In this document: piece by piece, positions 13,328-27,075 of the stretch | Layout: each line of letters starts with the position of its first letter | Numbering within the stretch: the stretch's first letter is position 1 | Source: Cyanophora paradoxa CCMP329 | Taxonomy: Eukaryota; Plantae; Glaucophyta | Length of the DNA: 64,000 bases | Assembly (NCBI GenBank): GCA_004431415.1 | Contig: QPMI01000178.1 | Coordinates: forward strand, 118,214 to 182,213 | Reading direction: 5' to 3' | The notes under the pieces: generated by a model | What the model saw: only the letters and a program-made list of their open reading frames with translations | Databases searched by the model: none | What the model was told of the DNA's origin: nothing | Translations under genes and position numbers: made by a program

Positions 13328-13711
13328 ACCTGGCCGGGCCGTCGCCAGGCCAACACCGACCCGGCCCGTCGGCCGGCCTCGGGCCAGGCTGGCGCATCTG
13401 CGGTGGGCCGCGGCCCGCCGCCCGCTGGCCCAGTGCGGCCCGTGCAGGTTCGCGGGCCCGCGCGCGGCCCGCGCCGCGCCAAGGCGAACGGCCGCAAAGA
13501 CAGCGCGAGCCTTCCCGGTCCGGGCGCGAGCCCCGCCCCGCCCTAGCCGCTGAGCGGGATGGCCTACATGATGATGGGCAGTTCTAGAGGATGAGCGGCT
13601 CCGGCAGGTCCAGGTCGTTCCCTCTTCGACTTCACATGATCAGCTAGCGCGGCTCCGGGCCGCGACCGTGCACGTGCACAACTACAGACAGCTGCAGCTG
13701 GCGCCGGCCTT

Positions 13712-16634
13712 TCAGGTGAGCTGCCTAGGCCTGGCCCTCTTCGCTGGGTTCCCCACGGCTGGCCCCCGCCTGCGCCGCTTCCTGAAGAGCTCGACGCCGA
13801 CGGTCGCGGCGGGGAGCGCCCTGCGGAGGGCGCCCAGCGCCTCCTCCGCCTCGGCCTGCTCCTCGGGGGAGGGATCGGGGTACACGTCCCGCAGCTCGAC
13901 GCGCCGAAGGCGGCCCCGGCCCGCTACGCCCGCGGCCGTGAGGGCCCGCAGGAGGGGCGCGGCGCGGGGCCCCAGCCCCCCGCAGTCGACGGCCGCGAAG
14001 AGGCTGCCGAGGGCGGGCCCCGCGGCCCGCACAAAGTGCAACACGGCGTCGGCCTCGCCCCCGTGGGCCGACGCGGCGAAGTCGAGCGTGAGCTGCACGT
14101 CGCGCAGGGCGCCGCGGCGCCGCAGCGCCGCCACGACGCTCGCCAGCGGCCGCAGCGGGCCGGCCGCCCCGGCGCGGACCTCGAGCGCCTCCAGCCGCCG
14201 GAGACCGGCCAGGGCCTCCCACCCCGTCCCCGCCCCCACCTCGCCCTGCGCCGCGCCTCAGCAACGCCGGCGCTGGGTCCGAAAGGGCGGGCGCACGTCG
14301 AGCCGGATCTGAAGCTCCCGGAGAGCCGTCAGCTTGGACAGGGCCCGCAGGCCCTCGAGCGTGGGCTCGAAGGCCGCGCGGAGGGAGCGGAGGCACTCCC
14401 GCGCGCGGCCGGCGGCCAGGCGATCCAGGGCCGTCCCGGGGAGGCGCTCCCCCCCGCCGAAATCGGGGTACAGCTTCAGGCGGAGGTCGCGGAGGCCCGG
14501 CAGGCGGTCGCAGAGGGCGGCAGCGTCGCCGGCGAGGTAGCCGAGGGCGGCTTCGGGAAGGCACGTCGAGTCGACGCGGAGCGATCGCAGGGAGCCGCAG
14601 GCGGCGAGCTCCCGCAGCGCCCGCCCTCGGACCGCCTCCGTGGAGGGCTGCCGCGCGGCCCAGGTCAGCGGGCGCGTCGAGATCCAGATCTAGAGGGGGG
14701 TACAGCGCGCCTGGACGTCGAGGGCCTCGAGGCGGGGGGCGGCGGCGAGCTGCGCGAAGCAGGCCGGCCCGAGGGCCACGCCGTGGAGGGCCAGGGAGCG
14801 GAGGGCTGAGGGGAGGGGCGCGAGCGAGGGGCACGCCGCCGGCTGCGGCGCGCCCCGGGCGTCGAACCGGAGGGGCGCCCGCAGGGTTAGCTCCTCGAGG
14901 GACCGAAACCTGCGCCGGCCGCCCGCTCTGTTGAGCCGCCGAGCGGGCCAGTGGCGAACGCAGGGGCGCACGGGGCGAGCTGGCGGAATGTCCCTGCGAG
15001 GTCGCCCCCGCTCGCGGCGAAGGCGAGGGCGAGGGCGCGGAGGCGGGGCAGCGCCGGCCGGAAGTCGGCGAGGGCCGCGGGGTCCAGCGGGACGCAAGGC
15101 ACCTCCAGGCGCTCCAGCGCCAAGCTGAAGGGGCCCCGCGAGAGAACCTCTTTCAGCTGCAGGTGCCCGATGACGGCCTCCTCCGCCCCGCGCCAGTCCA
15201 GCGCCTGGCCCTCGTCGTGCGCCACGCGCACCGAAACGCCTCCGGCCGCTACGGCCGCCTCCAGCAGCTGCCGGGCCGCCGACCAGCCCCACGCCGGCGG
15301 CTGCTTCTCGTGCCGGTCCTCCTTCGCGTCGGCGCTCTCCCAGTACCCCTGCGGCGGCCGCCCCCCGAAGTCCACCTCGACGGTTTCGATCCCCAGCGCT
15401 CGGGTGCGCAGCAAGACCAGGAGCTCCGCCGCCCACTTGGCCTCGTCCTTGGCCCTTATGCCGATCCGCACCTGCGGCCTCGCGTCAGAGTGGGCGCGGG
15501 GGAAGGGGGAGGGGGCCGAAGCTAGGGGCGAGCCTGCTTCACGCTCTGGAGGGAGCTGAGGCGCGAGCAGCACACGAGGCGCGCGAGGGCCTTCCACACC
15601 GGCTTCCTCGGCCCCCGGTCCAGGCCGGCCTCCCCGAACGCCTGCAGAGGGGCACATCAGGGTAGGAAAGCGGCGGCGGGGGGGGGGGGGGGGGGGGGGG
15701 GCAGGGTAGGAAAGCGGCGGGGGGGGGGGGGGGGAGGACATCGGGGACATGGGGGGTGGGAGTGTTGAGGGGGTAGGCCTGGGTGCGGGAGGGAAGAGAA
15801 ACGGGGAGGGGCGCACCCGGGACGAGCAGTCGAAGAGAGACCAGCGGATGCGCGCCGCCAGTGCCCTGAAGCGGCGGCAGACGTGGCGGAGCCGCGCGCT
15901 GTAGAGGGCGGCGAGGGGCCCGACGAGCTCCAGGATCCCCTGCGCGGGGGCCGCTGCGTCGGCGCGGCGGCCGGCCGGCCGAGAGGCTGTCTTGCGCTGG
16001 GAGCAGAGCGCACCAAGACGATCTCGTCGGGGAGGCGCTCGAAGGGGTCGCACTCGAGCGGGGCCTCCTGCAGCGGCGGGGCGGGAGAGTCGGGGAAGGG
16101 GTGGGGGGGAGGGGGGCGTGACGAGGCGCACCCGGCGGGCCCGGGAGCGAGCGATGGCGCGCAGGTCCTCGTCGACCGTGTCGCGGGGGGCGGGGCGGTC
16201 GGGCGGGGGGCCCCGGCCCGGGCCCCTGGGCCAGGCGGGGCCGGCGCGGCGGGGGCTTGGCGCGGCGCGCCCCTCCAGACTGGCAGCGCCGAGGGGTCGG
16301 CCACCGCCGGTCCGGGCAGGGCCGACGACTCGAAGCTCCTGAAGGCCGGGGGCGCGGAAAGCTCGGCCGCCACCGGTACCGGGGGCGCCGCGGCCGGCTG
16401 CGCGGCTGGCCTCGGCGCTCGCGGGACGCTCACGGCTGGGGGGCCGGCTGCCGCTGCAGCTGCGTATGCCGGCGGCGGCGGAGCCTGCTGCGGGCCGATC
16501 GGAGCCCACGCCTGCATAGTCTGAGGGTACGCGCAGGCTGGTACGGCCGGCACCGTCGGCGGCTGCGGCGGTCTGGGGAAGTTGAGCGGCCGCGGGCACG
16601 CAGGCGCTATAGCTAGCCACGCGTACGGCTGCAT
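13712..16634 (-). CDS. F-box protein with leucine-rich-repeat-like C-terminal region (multi-exon; start uncertain)
   Basis: F-box motif CDPFERLPDEIVL|GILELVG...LRHVCRRFRALAARIRW, followed by LxxLxL repeats (LERLEV, LRALAL, LEELTL, LRSLAL, LEALDV). Confidence 0.75.
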
Positions 16635-17248
16635 TGGCAGGAGGGGCGGAGCCCCGAAGCCGTATGGGTATTCGAAGAAAGGGCCGAATGGAACTCTGGG
16701 GACCCCGGAGGCGCCGCGGTGCTCCAGAACCTGCGCGGCAGACGCATCGATCGTCCGCCGGTCGGCGAGGAGGCGCGCGCGGCACCGGCGGAGTTTACCG
16801 GGCCGAAAGCGAGCGGATGGGTCTGCTGCGCCTGCATCTATGCGGGAGCCGAGCCGCCCCGACGAGAGCAGCCGCTGGAATGATCGGAACGACCTATACC
16901 GGCCTGTAGCTAATCGCTGGCAGAGCCGACAGTGCCGCAGACGGTCGGCCTAGCTCTTATTCCGACGACTGAAGGGGGAGCGTTCAAATTTCGGACGTCA
17001 GTAAACCCTCCAACCCCCCCCCCCCGACTAGTACTGTACCCCGTCAAAGCGTTTCAGCAAAACCACGCGACGGACGCGGCTAGCGCACCAGTCATCTGAT
17101 CAAAGTGACCGCCGCTTATCGTTCTTGAGGCCCAGAACCCCAACCGCAGATCGCCGGCGCCAACTCGCGCGTACGTACACGCGGCGTTTCAGCATCGGCA
17201 TCTAAGTTATAATCGGATCTCACAGCGCTCCCCTACGCAGACGCCAGC

Positions 17249-18519
17249 ATGTCGGCCGACTTCGAGATTGCGCTCAGCCGGGACGCCGGCATCTCTCTGG
17301 AGGACCGGCTCGCTGCCTTCGGGCGCCTCAGCGCCTTCGAGCAGCGCTACGTTCACCGTGTCGCCTTCAACACGCCGGCTCTGGCTAGTCTGTACTCCAC
17401 CGTGCCGGAGAGCTTCGTTCCGGACCAGCTTCCGCGCCCCGTGTCTCCTGATGTAAACGCCGAGAACGTCGCCAAGGCGGCGGCCGACGGGACCGTTTTC
17501 GTGCTCAGCGCGGCGGAGATCCCGGTCCGTTAACGTTCGCGCCCGCGCTTTGGCCTCGAGCCCGGATGAACCATATATAACGTTCAACGCTCACGGAGGT
17601 CGAGCGCAGGCGTACCTGGAGATCGTCGCTGACCTGGCGGGGAAAGGCGCGCTCTTCGGCGCGGCCGCGGTCATGGTCAAGTCCGACCCGACGAGCATTC
17701 GCGCCTCCGACGTGGATGCAATCGCCCGCTCGGCCGCTATGGTGCGCCGCTGCTGCTGCCTGTCTGGCCCGCGCTCCTGCCGGCGTTTAGTTTGAACCGC
17801 CGGGCCGCCCGGCCGACCGCAGCTCCGCACCATCGTCCCGTTCGCTGTGTACGATTCGCGCCCGCCTCGCCCGCGCGCGCGCCGCGCCGGCGCCGCTCAC
17901 GGGCGGCCCCCTGCAGCGTCGAGCCGCCGACGCCGAGCGCCAAGGGCCCCACCGTCGCAGGCTACCAGTTCCAGTGCGGCTGCGACGTCGCTCTGATCAA
18001 GGCGCGCGCGCGTCGCCCGAACTTGCCGACCGCCCCTCTGAGCCGCGCCGCGCCGCCCGCAGGACCCGAGCACCGCCGTCTCGCTCACGCCCAGCGCTAG
18101 CTCCGGATCCACGCAGTCCGGAGTACTTCGGGCCTTCTCAGGGCCGCTCTCCGTCGAGAAGCTCGTCGAAGGCGTCCGCGGCGAGCTCGCCGACCACCCC
18201 GCGTACGGCCCCGCGCTGGTCCGTGCGCCCTCGTTCGGCAAACCGTACCCCGCTGACTCGCGCCCCAGCAACCGGCGGAGGCCCCGGCTGCAGAGGAGAC
18301 GCCGGAGTCCGACGAGACGCTCGAGGGTGCGCCTGCGATCTGATCGCTGTTCGATCGCCCGCCACTGATCGCCGCTGTCGCGCAGCCTGCAGCTGGGACC
18401 CCCTCAAAGCCCTTGCAATTGCGGGGGCCGGCTCGGAGGGGTACGGGGCCTCGAAGGATGTGGAGCCCGCAGATGGCGAAGGCGACTGGGACGTGGAGGC
18501 TGCCGAGCCTCTCCTGTAG
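17249..18519 (+). CDS. Hypothetical protein (multi-exon)
   Basis: ATG at 17249 (MSADFEIALSRDAG...). Protein-like exons are separated by GT/GC-AG introns and end ...DWDVEAAEPLL*. No family recognised. Confidence 0.6.
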
Positions 18520-19000
18520 CTATAGGCCGCAGCCGTGCTGTAGGACCAGCGGGACACGTGTTCATTTATACGAGCGATCGATGACGAAACCGCATCCTCG
18601 GCGCTTTTAGCTATAGGCAGCCCTTCCGGCCCACCCGTGAAAGCTGCCGCGCATGCTCGTGTTTTGAATTCGATTCGCATTGAAATTATTACGCATTTTA
18701 TAATTATGCGAATTTTTTTATAATCATTGAAGTGGAGAAATGAAACCACACTGGCAATGCAACCATCAATCTTATATAATTATCATAATCGGGGCGGGTG
18801 CGATGACTTGCCCCCGCCCCACCTTCTGCGTTTTCCAAATTTCGCATTCATGTGTGCAATGCGAATCGAATTCAAAGTTGCATAAAACTCCTGATGTTTT
18901 CGAGAATTGAGAAGATTGTTGCCGAAAGGAGACGCGAAGGGAACCTTTTCGAAATAGAAGGCATGACGGCCGGCCATCGGCATGTACATGTGCATCGATA

Positions 19001-22000
19001 TCAGAAGTCGAAGGTGCGGCTCACGGTTGCGCTGGACGCTTGGACAGCGCTGGCACTGGAGGCGGGGCCTGCCCCGGCGCGGCCTCTGAGTAGGAACACC
19101 CGGTCGCTGGGCAGGAGTCGCGTGGCCGGGTGCGGGTTCGTGTCTGCAGGCGCGGTTCGCACGATCATGAGCTCGAGCCCGGGCGTGGCTGGCGGGCGGG
19201 CTGCATTTGCAATTGGGCCGCGCACAGACAAACGGGGCAGGCGCGCCGCCGGTGCCCGGAGCGCGGAAGAGGCCGAGAGGGACGAAGGGCGTGCAGACTG
19301 CCGGCGGGCCGGGGCGGCCGTCAGTGGGCGCTCCGATGCGAGGGGAGGCTAGGGCCGGAAGGGCGGGACGGGGCGGGGGCACGGAGGAGGGCGGCGACGA
19401 GGTCGCGGTAGGGTCGCCCCGCAAAGGCCGCCGGGAGGGCCGTCTGCTGGAGGTGCCGCGGGCTCTCCAGCGCGTAGTGCAGGAAGGCGACGCAGGCCGG
19501 GCCCTGGTGGTAGCACAGGCACAGCAGCGTGTACAGCGCCGCGTGCGAGTAGACGGCCCCCGCCGCGAAGGCCGGGCACAGCCGCACGTGCCGCTCCGCC
19601 TCGAGCTGCCTGCGCGGCCCGGCCCGGCCCGTCGGGCGCCGACTTCGACGGGCGGGCGGGCGGGCGCGGGGCGGGGCGGGGCGGGGGAGCGGACATGGGG
19701 CCGGGGAATGGGGAGGGGCGGGGGCATCCCCTGCGAGGGCCCCGTTCAGAAAGCGGGCGCTGGAGTCGAAGACAAGGTCGACGACGACTGTGGGCCGCCG
19801 CGCCGCCATCGCCTCCAGCGCCGCCAGCACCGCCGGCGTGTCCACACCCTCCCCAGCTCCCCCGCCCCGCCGCTCCGCCAGCACCAGCACGGCGGAGGCC
19901 GTGTGCGCCCGCGCGCGCGCGAGCGTCGCCATCGCGTAGGGCCCGCGGCCGGCGGCGCCGGGCACGCCGTAGAGGCCGCGGCGCTGCTCGGGGCGAGGAG
20001 CTGCCAGGCGCCCTCGGCGGCCGCGGGCGGGACGGCGAGGAGGACGGGGGTGGCGGGGCGCCCCGCGGCGGCGAGCTCGGTGCGGAGGCAGCGGACGAGC
20101 GAGGCGAGGCCCGAGGGGAGACCTCCCGAAGACCGCCACGTGGCCCCCCGCCCCCAGCACCCCCTCCGGCGCATCCGGTAGCGCCTCCATCGCGGCTTCG
20201 GGCGCTGAGTCCGGCGCCGGCGCCGGTGCCGGCGCGCCCTCTGCCGGGGCGCCCGGAGCGGCCGGGAGCCCTGCGGCTGCGGGCGGTGCCGGCGCCGGCG
20301 CCCGAGGGGCCGCGGCCACGTCTTGGGCAGCCGGGGCGGGCGCCACGTCGCCGTCGAGGCCGGCAAGGAGCTCGCCTGCCGCCTCCGCCAGCTCCGCCGG
20401 CACGCCCCGCGCCGCCGCCGCCGCCATCGCCGCGGCCGCCGCCGAGCTCCACCGGCGCCCGCTCAACTGCGCGCGCGGCGCTGGCGTTCAGCGGAGATTG
20501 GCGGAGGGCGGGCGGGGCGGGTCGGACCCGCTCGGCGCGGCGCGGGGAGATGGCGATGCAGAGCGCGACGTCTCCAGCGCGGCAGGGCCGGTCGGAGGGC
20601 GCCGCGATGAAGCCGCTGCCCCGGCGGGTCGGGCCGCCGGCGCCGCTGGCGCTAGCGCTCTCGCCGGCCGGCTGCACGCCGAGCAGGAGGACGCCGTGGG
20701 AGTCGTAGGCGGCGAGGGCGGCGCGGCGCCAGGGCAGGCCCTCGAAGGGCGGCCCGAGGGGCACCGTGCAGAGCCCGTTGGCGACGCCGTAGTCGTACTC
20801 GACCTGCCAGGGAGAGGAGACGCCGACGGCCGGCTCGGCCTTGCGCATGAAGAACGAGGAGAGGTGCCGGAAGCGCGTGCTGCGGGCCTGCACGTCCTCC
20901 GGGAGCGCGTACGCGTGCGCCCCGCGCGGCCGGCCCGGCACCTGCAGCTCGAGCTCGGCCCCGGCCCCGGGCACGCTCGCGATCGAGCCCTGGACCGACA
21001 CGAGCCGGCGGTGGAGGAGCTTGCTGGTGCGCTCCGCCTGCTCGGCATCCTCGTCCTCGGACGCCGCCCCGGGGGGCGCCGCCTGCTGCCCGGCCCCCTG
21101 GTGCAGGAAGACGCGCCGGTCCTGCGTGCTGATGTTCGAGACGAGGGCGGCGAGCCCCGGGCAGACGACGCTCCGCGCCAGCAGCCGCATCTTCGCGTCC
21201 TCCAGGCACACCGACACCGTCGCGCCCAGCCGCCCCGCCCGCCCCTGCGGCACCGCGGGTGGGCAGCACGGCCGGCGCGGCGCCGGCGGTCGCGCGGGCG
21301 GGCGCACGCTGGCGTCGCTGGTGGCGTGCATGAGGAAGATGGGCGTGGCCGGGGCGACCTGCCGCGCGGCGACGCAGGCGAGCAGGTTGGACCCGTCGCC
21401 GCCCCCCACGTCCCGCCCCAGCTCGCGGGAGACGACGAAGAGGGCCCGCGCCCTGCGCACCGCCGCCCGCCGCAGGTCCCCGGCGCTCAGCGGCGACCCC
21501 GCGAGGTAGTGGAGGCGCCCGCGGTGGCGCCGAGACCGGAGGAATCCGAGGACGTCGGGCGGGGGGTCCCCGCGGGCAAGAAGGACGAGGTGCAGCGCAG
21601 CCTCGCGCCCCGCCCCGCCCGCCCCGGCCCCCGCGAGGAGGCGGGACAGGATGCCCCCGGGCAGCCAATGGCGGGGTACCAGGCCGAGCGGCGCCCCCTC
21701 GGGTCCGACGGATGCACGCACGGGCCGCAGCAGCTCCGCCGCCAGGTGCTCGAGCTCTTGCCCCGTGAAGTCGCCCGTCACCTGCCGCCGGCCGGCGCGG
21801 AGCGTTGCCGAGAAGCGCTGAGCGGCGCGGGTACGTAAACGAGGGCGCACGACGACGTGGGCGCTGCGGCCGCGGGCGGAGTAGGAGGCGCGCGAGTAGG
21901 TCGTCTGCGAGAGGGCCGAGATGAGGCGCCCCGCCCGCAGCGGGAAGATCGTGATCGCCGCGCCTGCCGGTGGCCATGGGCGCGCGGGCGGGGTCGGAAG

Positions 22001-23593
22001 AAAGCGATAGCGGCGGGGGGCGGGCCCCGGGTCCGGCGGGCCCGCTCTCGAAGTCGCGCCGCGCGGCGCACAGAGGAGGAGGAGGGTGAGGAGCTGTCCG
22101 GATGCCGTGGCTGGCGTGTAGTCGCCGTACCCTGCAAGGGCAGCCTCAGCGCATGCGTAGCGCTCGCGGGGCGCGGCGCCGGCGGAGCCGGGCCGGGGGC
22201 GGCAGCTCAAGCACCGACGGTGGAGATCGAGACGAAGACGAAATAGAGAGCCTGTAGAGATGGGAATGGACGAATATTCCCACCGCGAAGACGAAGATGG
22301 GCCTCGTGGAATGGATGTGCAGCGCACCTCGTGGAATTGGATGGCGGGGCCGGCGCCGGGCCCGGGCTCGCCGCCCGAGAAGAGGCGCCACTCGCCGTCG
22401 AGCCAGTGGACGAGCCCCGAGGCGAAGAGGATGAAGGAGACGATCGAGAAGCAGAGGTACACAACCTCGCGGTACACGTCTGCGCGCGATCGAGAGCGGC
22501 CGTCACCCGAGAATTCGAAGCGAGAAGCCGGCGCCCGGGCGACGGGCGCGCACCGTTGTCCTGCGAAGACCAGACCTGGGGCCCCGCGGCCGGCGGCGGG
22601 GTCAGAGCTGGCGCGCGGGAGGCCGATGCATATATGGAGAGTCCGAGGCGGGGGCGGCGCGAGAGCGCAAGCGCGCTAGCGCTAGCGCGAGCTAAAGCTT
22701 ATGGCCATGGATCGCGATCGGACCTGGAAGAGGACGACGACGCGAGACATGCGGAGGATGACGCAGAAGCGGAGCAGCGAGACGATGAGCGTGTTGATCC
22801 CGGGGTCCATGAAGTGAATGATGGGGAGCGCGCTGCATACGTCCACCAGGCCAAACCAGGAGAAAAGGTAACCCATTTTCTCGTCCGCGGAAGCGAACTG
22901 AAGGACGAGCTCCACCACGAAGAAAATAGAGACGACGAGCTGGCAGCGGCTGCACGGGGGCACGGCGCGTCAGGGGGAGAGCTCGAGGCGTGCGCGTGAG
23001 GGGGCCGGCCCGCGCGCGGGGCGCCCCGGCGGCAGCGGGCAGGGCGAGCGCACTCCAAGCCGACGTCGCTGACGTAGGTGTTGGCAATGTAGATCGAAAT
23101 GGCCAACATGGCCATACAAAACACTGCGCACAGAAGATCTCGATCAGAGCGCGCGCTAGCAGGCGAGTCTGGGGCGACCCATGTTCAAATCAAATTTAAA
23201 CCGCGCACACAGCGACTGGTGGCCCGTTGACTCGGTAAACTCCTGTACATGTGTGTGTCAATTACAGGCGCGTATACGTATACGTAGATGTTGCGCTCGC
23301 AGGCCGCGCATGCGCGTTAGGAGCATATGCATGCGCGCGCGCGCATGCCATGGCCACGGCGCGCGCTCTGCATGCAGTGCACCGGACCGTACCTGCAGCT
23401 TGCGCCGGACATCGATGACGGCAAGCGAGGTCTCCTTCTCTTTGAGCTCTGCAGCATCGCTCTCAACTAGGTCTAGGTCTAGGTCTGCATCCGCAGCTGC
23501 AGGCTTGCCAGTACCGGTACCAATGCAGGGCGTTGACATCGGCACTACCGGTGCACGTGCCGCCGCCGCCGCAGCGACGCGCTGACGCGCCAT
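19001..23593 (-). CDS. KCNMA1: Large-conductance BK/Slo-family potassium channel with two RCK domains (multi-exon; start approximate)
   Basis: TM helices FVVELVLQF..FSWFGLVDV and S4 LLRFCVILRMSRV; pore ALYFVFVSISTV|GYGDYTP; RCK motifs HVVV, YLAGSPLSAGDLRRAAV, CLEDAKMRLLARSVVCPGLAALVSNI, WQVEYDYG, CPAFAAGAVY, NPHPATRLLPSDRVFLL. The symbol denotes the family, not proven orthology. Confidence 0.9.
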
Positions 23594-24256
23594 ATCGATC
23601 TGCACCGTGGCCCGGTGCACTGGGGGCAGCTCCAGCGACAGCAGCTCCTACGAGAACAGCCTGCAGCGCTCGCTCATGATCAGCGGGCTTGCTGACTTCG
23701 ACTCATGATCAATGATCATCACTGAGTCAGTGACAGGCTGACAGCGGCTCGCCGGCTCGCCTTGCAATTGCAAGTTGCAACCACTTGCAAGCTGGCCGCT
23801 TCTGCGCATGCATGATCGATATCACGGCTCAGGTAGGCGAAATTTCGTGCCAGTATTCCCGTACCCGTCCAGGCAAAAAAAATAATGTCGGCCTGCTGGG
23901 CCCTATATATATATAGCTACGCCTAGGACTACGTACTAGCTATAGTAGTCTAGTACTACTCGAGCTCAGTGACTAGTGCATATACTGCCGCCCTAGTCTT
24001 TCTAGATCTAGAGGCGACTCCGAATCCGATCGCGATCCGAGGTTTAATTTCGCGTCTTTTGAGTCAAGCCGCGGCCGGCCGCGGCGCGGCCAGCGCCGGC
24101 ACATGCACCGCGCACGGCGCCGGCTGGCCATGGCGCGCGCCGGCACCGGCGCCGGGACCAATTGCGCATGCAAGGAGATGAAGCAATTGCTGCATGCAAG
24201 GGGAGCCACATATAGATATATACGCAATGCATATGGCCAGGGATCGGGAACAGAAG

Positions 24257-26783
24257 CTAGGCGGTACCGGTGTAGGTCCAGGCGGTGGTGGAGGAGGCGC
24301 TGCCCGGGTCGAGCACGGCGGGGCACGCGTACGCCGGGTCCGAGAGCGCCAGCGCCAGCGCGAAGCCCCGCAGCGACTGCACGTTCATGAACCGCAGGTC
24401 CTGCGGGTACGCGATTTTTCAGGGGGGGTGGAGTGGGGTACGCGGCGCGTGCGAACCTGGTCGTAAGGGTTCAAGGCGACCGTCGCGCTCCGTGTGTAGT
24501 CCTTGAACGAGCCATTCACGCACCCGAAGCACGTCCATTGAATCTGGGGGTACTTTGTTCTCGGACGTCGCGGGGGGGGGGGGGGGGGGGGGGCGGGGGG
24601 CGGCGCGAACCCCCTTGGAGCGCGTGGGGACGCCCAGGCGCCGCCCGTCGCGCGTGTACCGGCCCCACAGCGTCGCGTTCGCTGCGGGGCGGGACGGGGT
24701 CGAACCGCGGCGCCTCGAAAGCGGCTCCGGCGGGGTTCGAACCTTTGTCAAGGATGTACTGGTCCACCAGAGGCTCCGCGTACTGCGCGAAGCTCGCGGG
24801 GGTCTGCGGCGCGGTCGCCGGCGTCAGCCGGGGCGCCGGCCCGGCCCGGCGGGCGGGGGCGGGCGGGCCGGGCGGGCGGAGGGCGGGCGCGCCTCTATGG
24901 CGACGCGGGGGTCGGCGAGGCGGTTCTGCCTCAGCGCCTGCTGCAGGCCCGCCATCTGGCCGCCGCGTGAGGGGCGGCGAAAGGCGGAAGGCAGAAGGCG
25001 GAGCGGCGGCCGGCGCGGGCGACGGCGCACCCAGCAGCAGATGACTTGGGCGAGGTCAGCCAGGCTCCGCGGCGAGCTCGGGACGAAGCCCGCCCAGCCC
25101 TCCTCCCCTGCCCGCCCGCCCGTCGGCGAGGGGCGCGCGCGGGCGGCGCCGCGCGCGGTCCTGCACGGCGCACCGCAGTAGGACGTCTGCCGCAGATCGC
25201 GCCCCTTGGCGCGCGCCCGGGCGCTCCGTGCAGCGCGCCGCGTCGGCGGCTGGCCCGAGCGCTCTGGGGCCGGATCCCGCGGCGCGATGGGCGCGGTGAG
25301 GTTCGCCCCGGGCGGCAGGAGCGGCCCGCTGCAGGCGTCGGTCCCCACCAGGGCCGGCTGCGGGGGCCGTCAGTCCGCCGCGGCAGGCGAGGTCGGCGGG
25401 GCGGGGCGGGGCGGGAGCGGACGATGAGCCCCGGCCCGCAGTCGCAGCGGCGGCCGTCCTCCGACGGGCGGCTCCCGGCGCCGTTGCAGCGGACGCAGGC
25501 GCCCCTGCGGCACCGGCGACCGTCGGTATGCGCCCGGCGCTCGGCGCGGGGCAGGGCGGGGCTCACGAGCTGGCGCTCCACACCGAGTCCGACCCGCAGT
25601 TTAGCCCCGGCGAGTCCCGAGCGAAAGGCGCGCTCCGGAGTCCCCGCCGCGGCACCAACGTGTTCGACAGACTGCGCGGGGGACGGACGGGCGGCACCGT
25701 CGGCGCGACGGAGCGGCGGAGCGGCGGCGGCGGGGAGCCGGGCACCCGCGGGCCCTGCCGCAGAGCAACCCGTACTTGCTGCCCCGAACGCTGAGCGCGA
25801 GGTGCCTGCGCGAGGGTTCGGCGTTGGCTTTCGGAGGCGGCCGGCGGGGCGCGAGCGCGGGGCGGGCGCGCCTGTCGTCGATGCGGTCGTACGTGAGGGG
25901 AGCGGCCCACCAGTTGAGGATGCGCGACGTGTTTCTGCGGTGCGGCTGCGTCGCCGGAGCGCCGATGGCGGCGCGAACGAACGCGGCGGGCCGCCCGCAC
26001 CGCGTGTCGACCCCTTCGGGGTTCGTGAAGGAGACGGTGATCTCGTAGCGCGTGTAGGCGGCCCAGTCGGCGGTGATGACAGCGCAGTTGGGCGTCGCCT
26101 GCTGCAGCGTCGCCAGCGCCGCCGGCGTCCTTGGGAAGTCGTCGTACCTAAGAAAGGGCCCCCGGTCGCACGCCCGGAGCCGCGCGGCGCGGCGCGGCGC
26201 GGCGCGGCGGCAGCGCACCGGACGTTCGCGTAGGAGTGGGCGTAGTACGGATCGTTCGCGAGGACGTCGGCGAGCGTGCCGGGCTCGACCTGCTGCATGC
26301 CCCAGCGCCCGACGCTCGACGTGAAGCGCGTCGTGTCCAGCACCTCCCGCTTCTCGCTCGTCGGCGTGAACAGGTCGCCTCCCTCCAGGACGCTCCTGCG
26401 CGAAGGCTCGGCGGCGCTCGCCGGGGCTTGCAGCGCAAGGCCGCCGGCGCACCGGACGCGCAGCTCGGTCAGGTTGGCCCCGGGCGTCGTCAGGCAGAAC
26501 AGGGCGCCTGAGGAAGAGCATCGGGCGTCGGCGCAGCCCTCGCTCCGCCCAAGGGCGGCGCACCGGTTGGGGCCGCGAAGTAAGGGGTGGAGAAGGCCAG
26601 GCGGGCCGTGTTGGTCCCGGACAGCGTCAGATTGCTGTAGCTAAGCGCCTGACATGCGAATCCATCCCGCAGAGCTGCGGAGAGGATCGGCGCTCCGGGG
26701 CCGCGCTCGCACAAGGCGCCATACGAACCGGCTGACGAGGCCGCTAGCGCAAGCAGCGCGGCGGCCCATAACAAGCTGCGCAT
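24257..26783 (-). CDS. Hypothetical secreted Cys-containing protein (multi-exon)
   Basis: Signal peptide MRSLLWAAALLALAASSAG; Cys-rich segment CVRCNGAGSRPSEDGRRCDCGPG; last exon DLRFMNVQ...TAWTYTGTA*. Lies head-to-head with CCDC180. Confidence 0.6.
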
Positions 26784-27075
26784 CGACCCAGAACGCTACA
26801 AGGAGGTTGGGATTTCAAAATGGGATCCCGGCATCGCCGCGTGGGCTGGAATTCAGGGACAGAAAGGATGCCCGGCTGGAGGCGGCGGAGCGTCTTTCAC
26901 ACAAGCAATCTCGAGGAAAGAAGGCAATGCTGAAGAGCTAGCGCTAGGAGCCGAGAACCCAAGACCCAAATTTGAAATCCCTCTACCCGCCTAGGGAAAA
27001 AAGGACTCGTTTCGGCAGCGCCTCCGCGCGACTCGAGAACCGGTCGTAGGCGCGCGTCAGAAGCACAAGAGTGCG

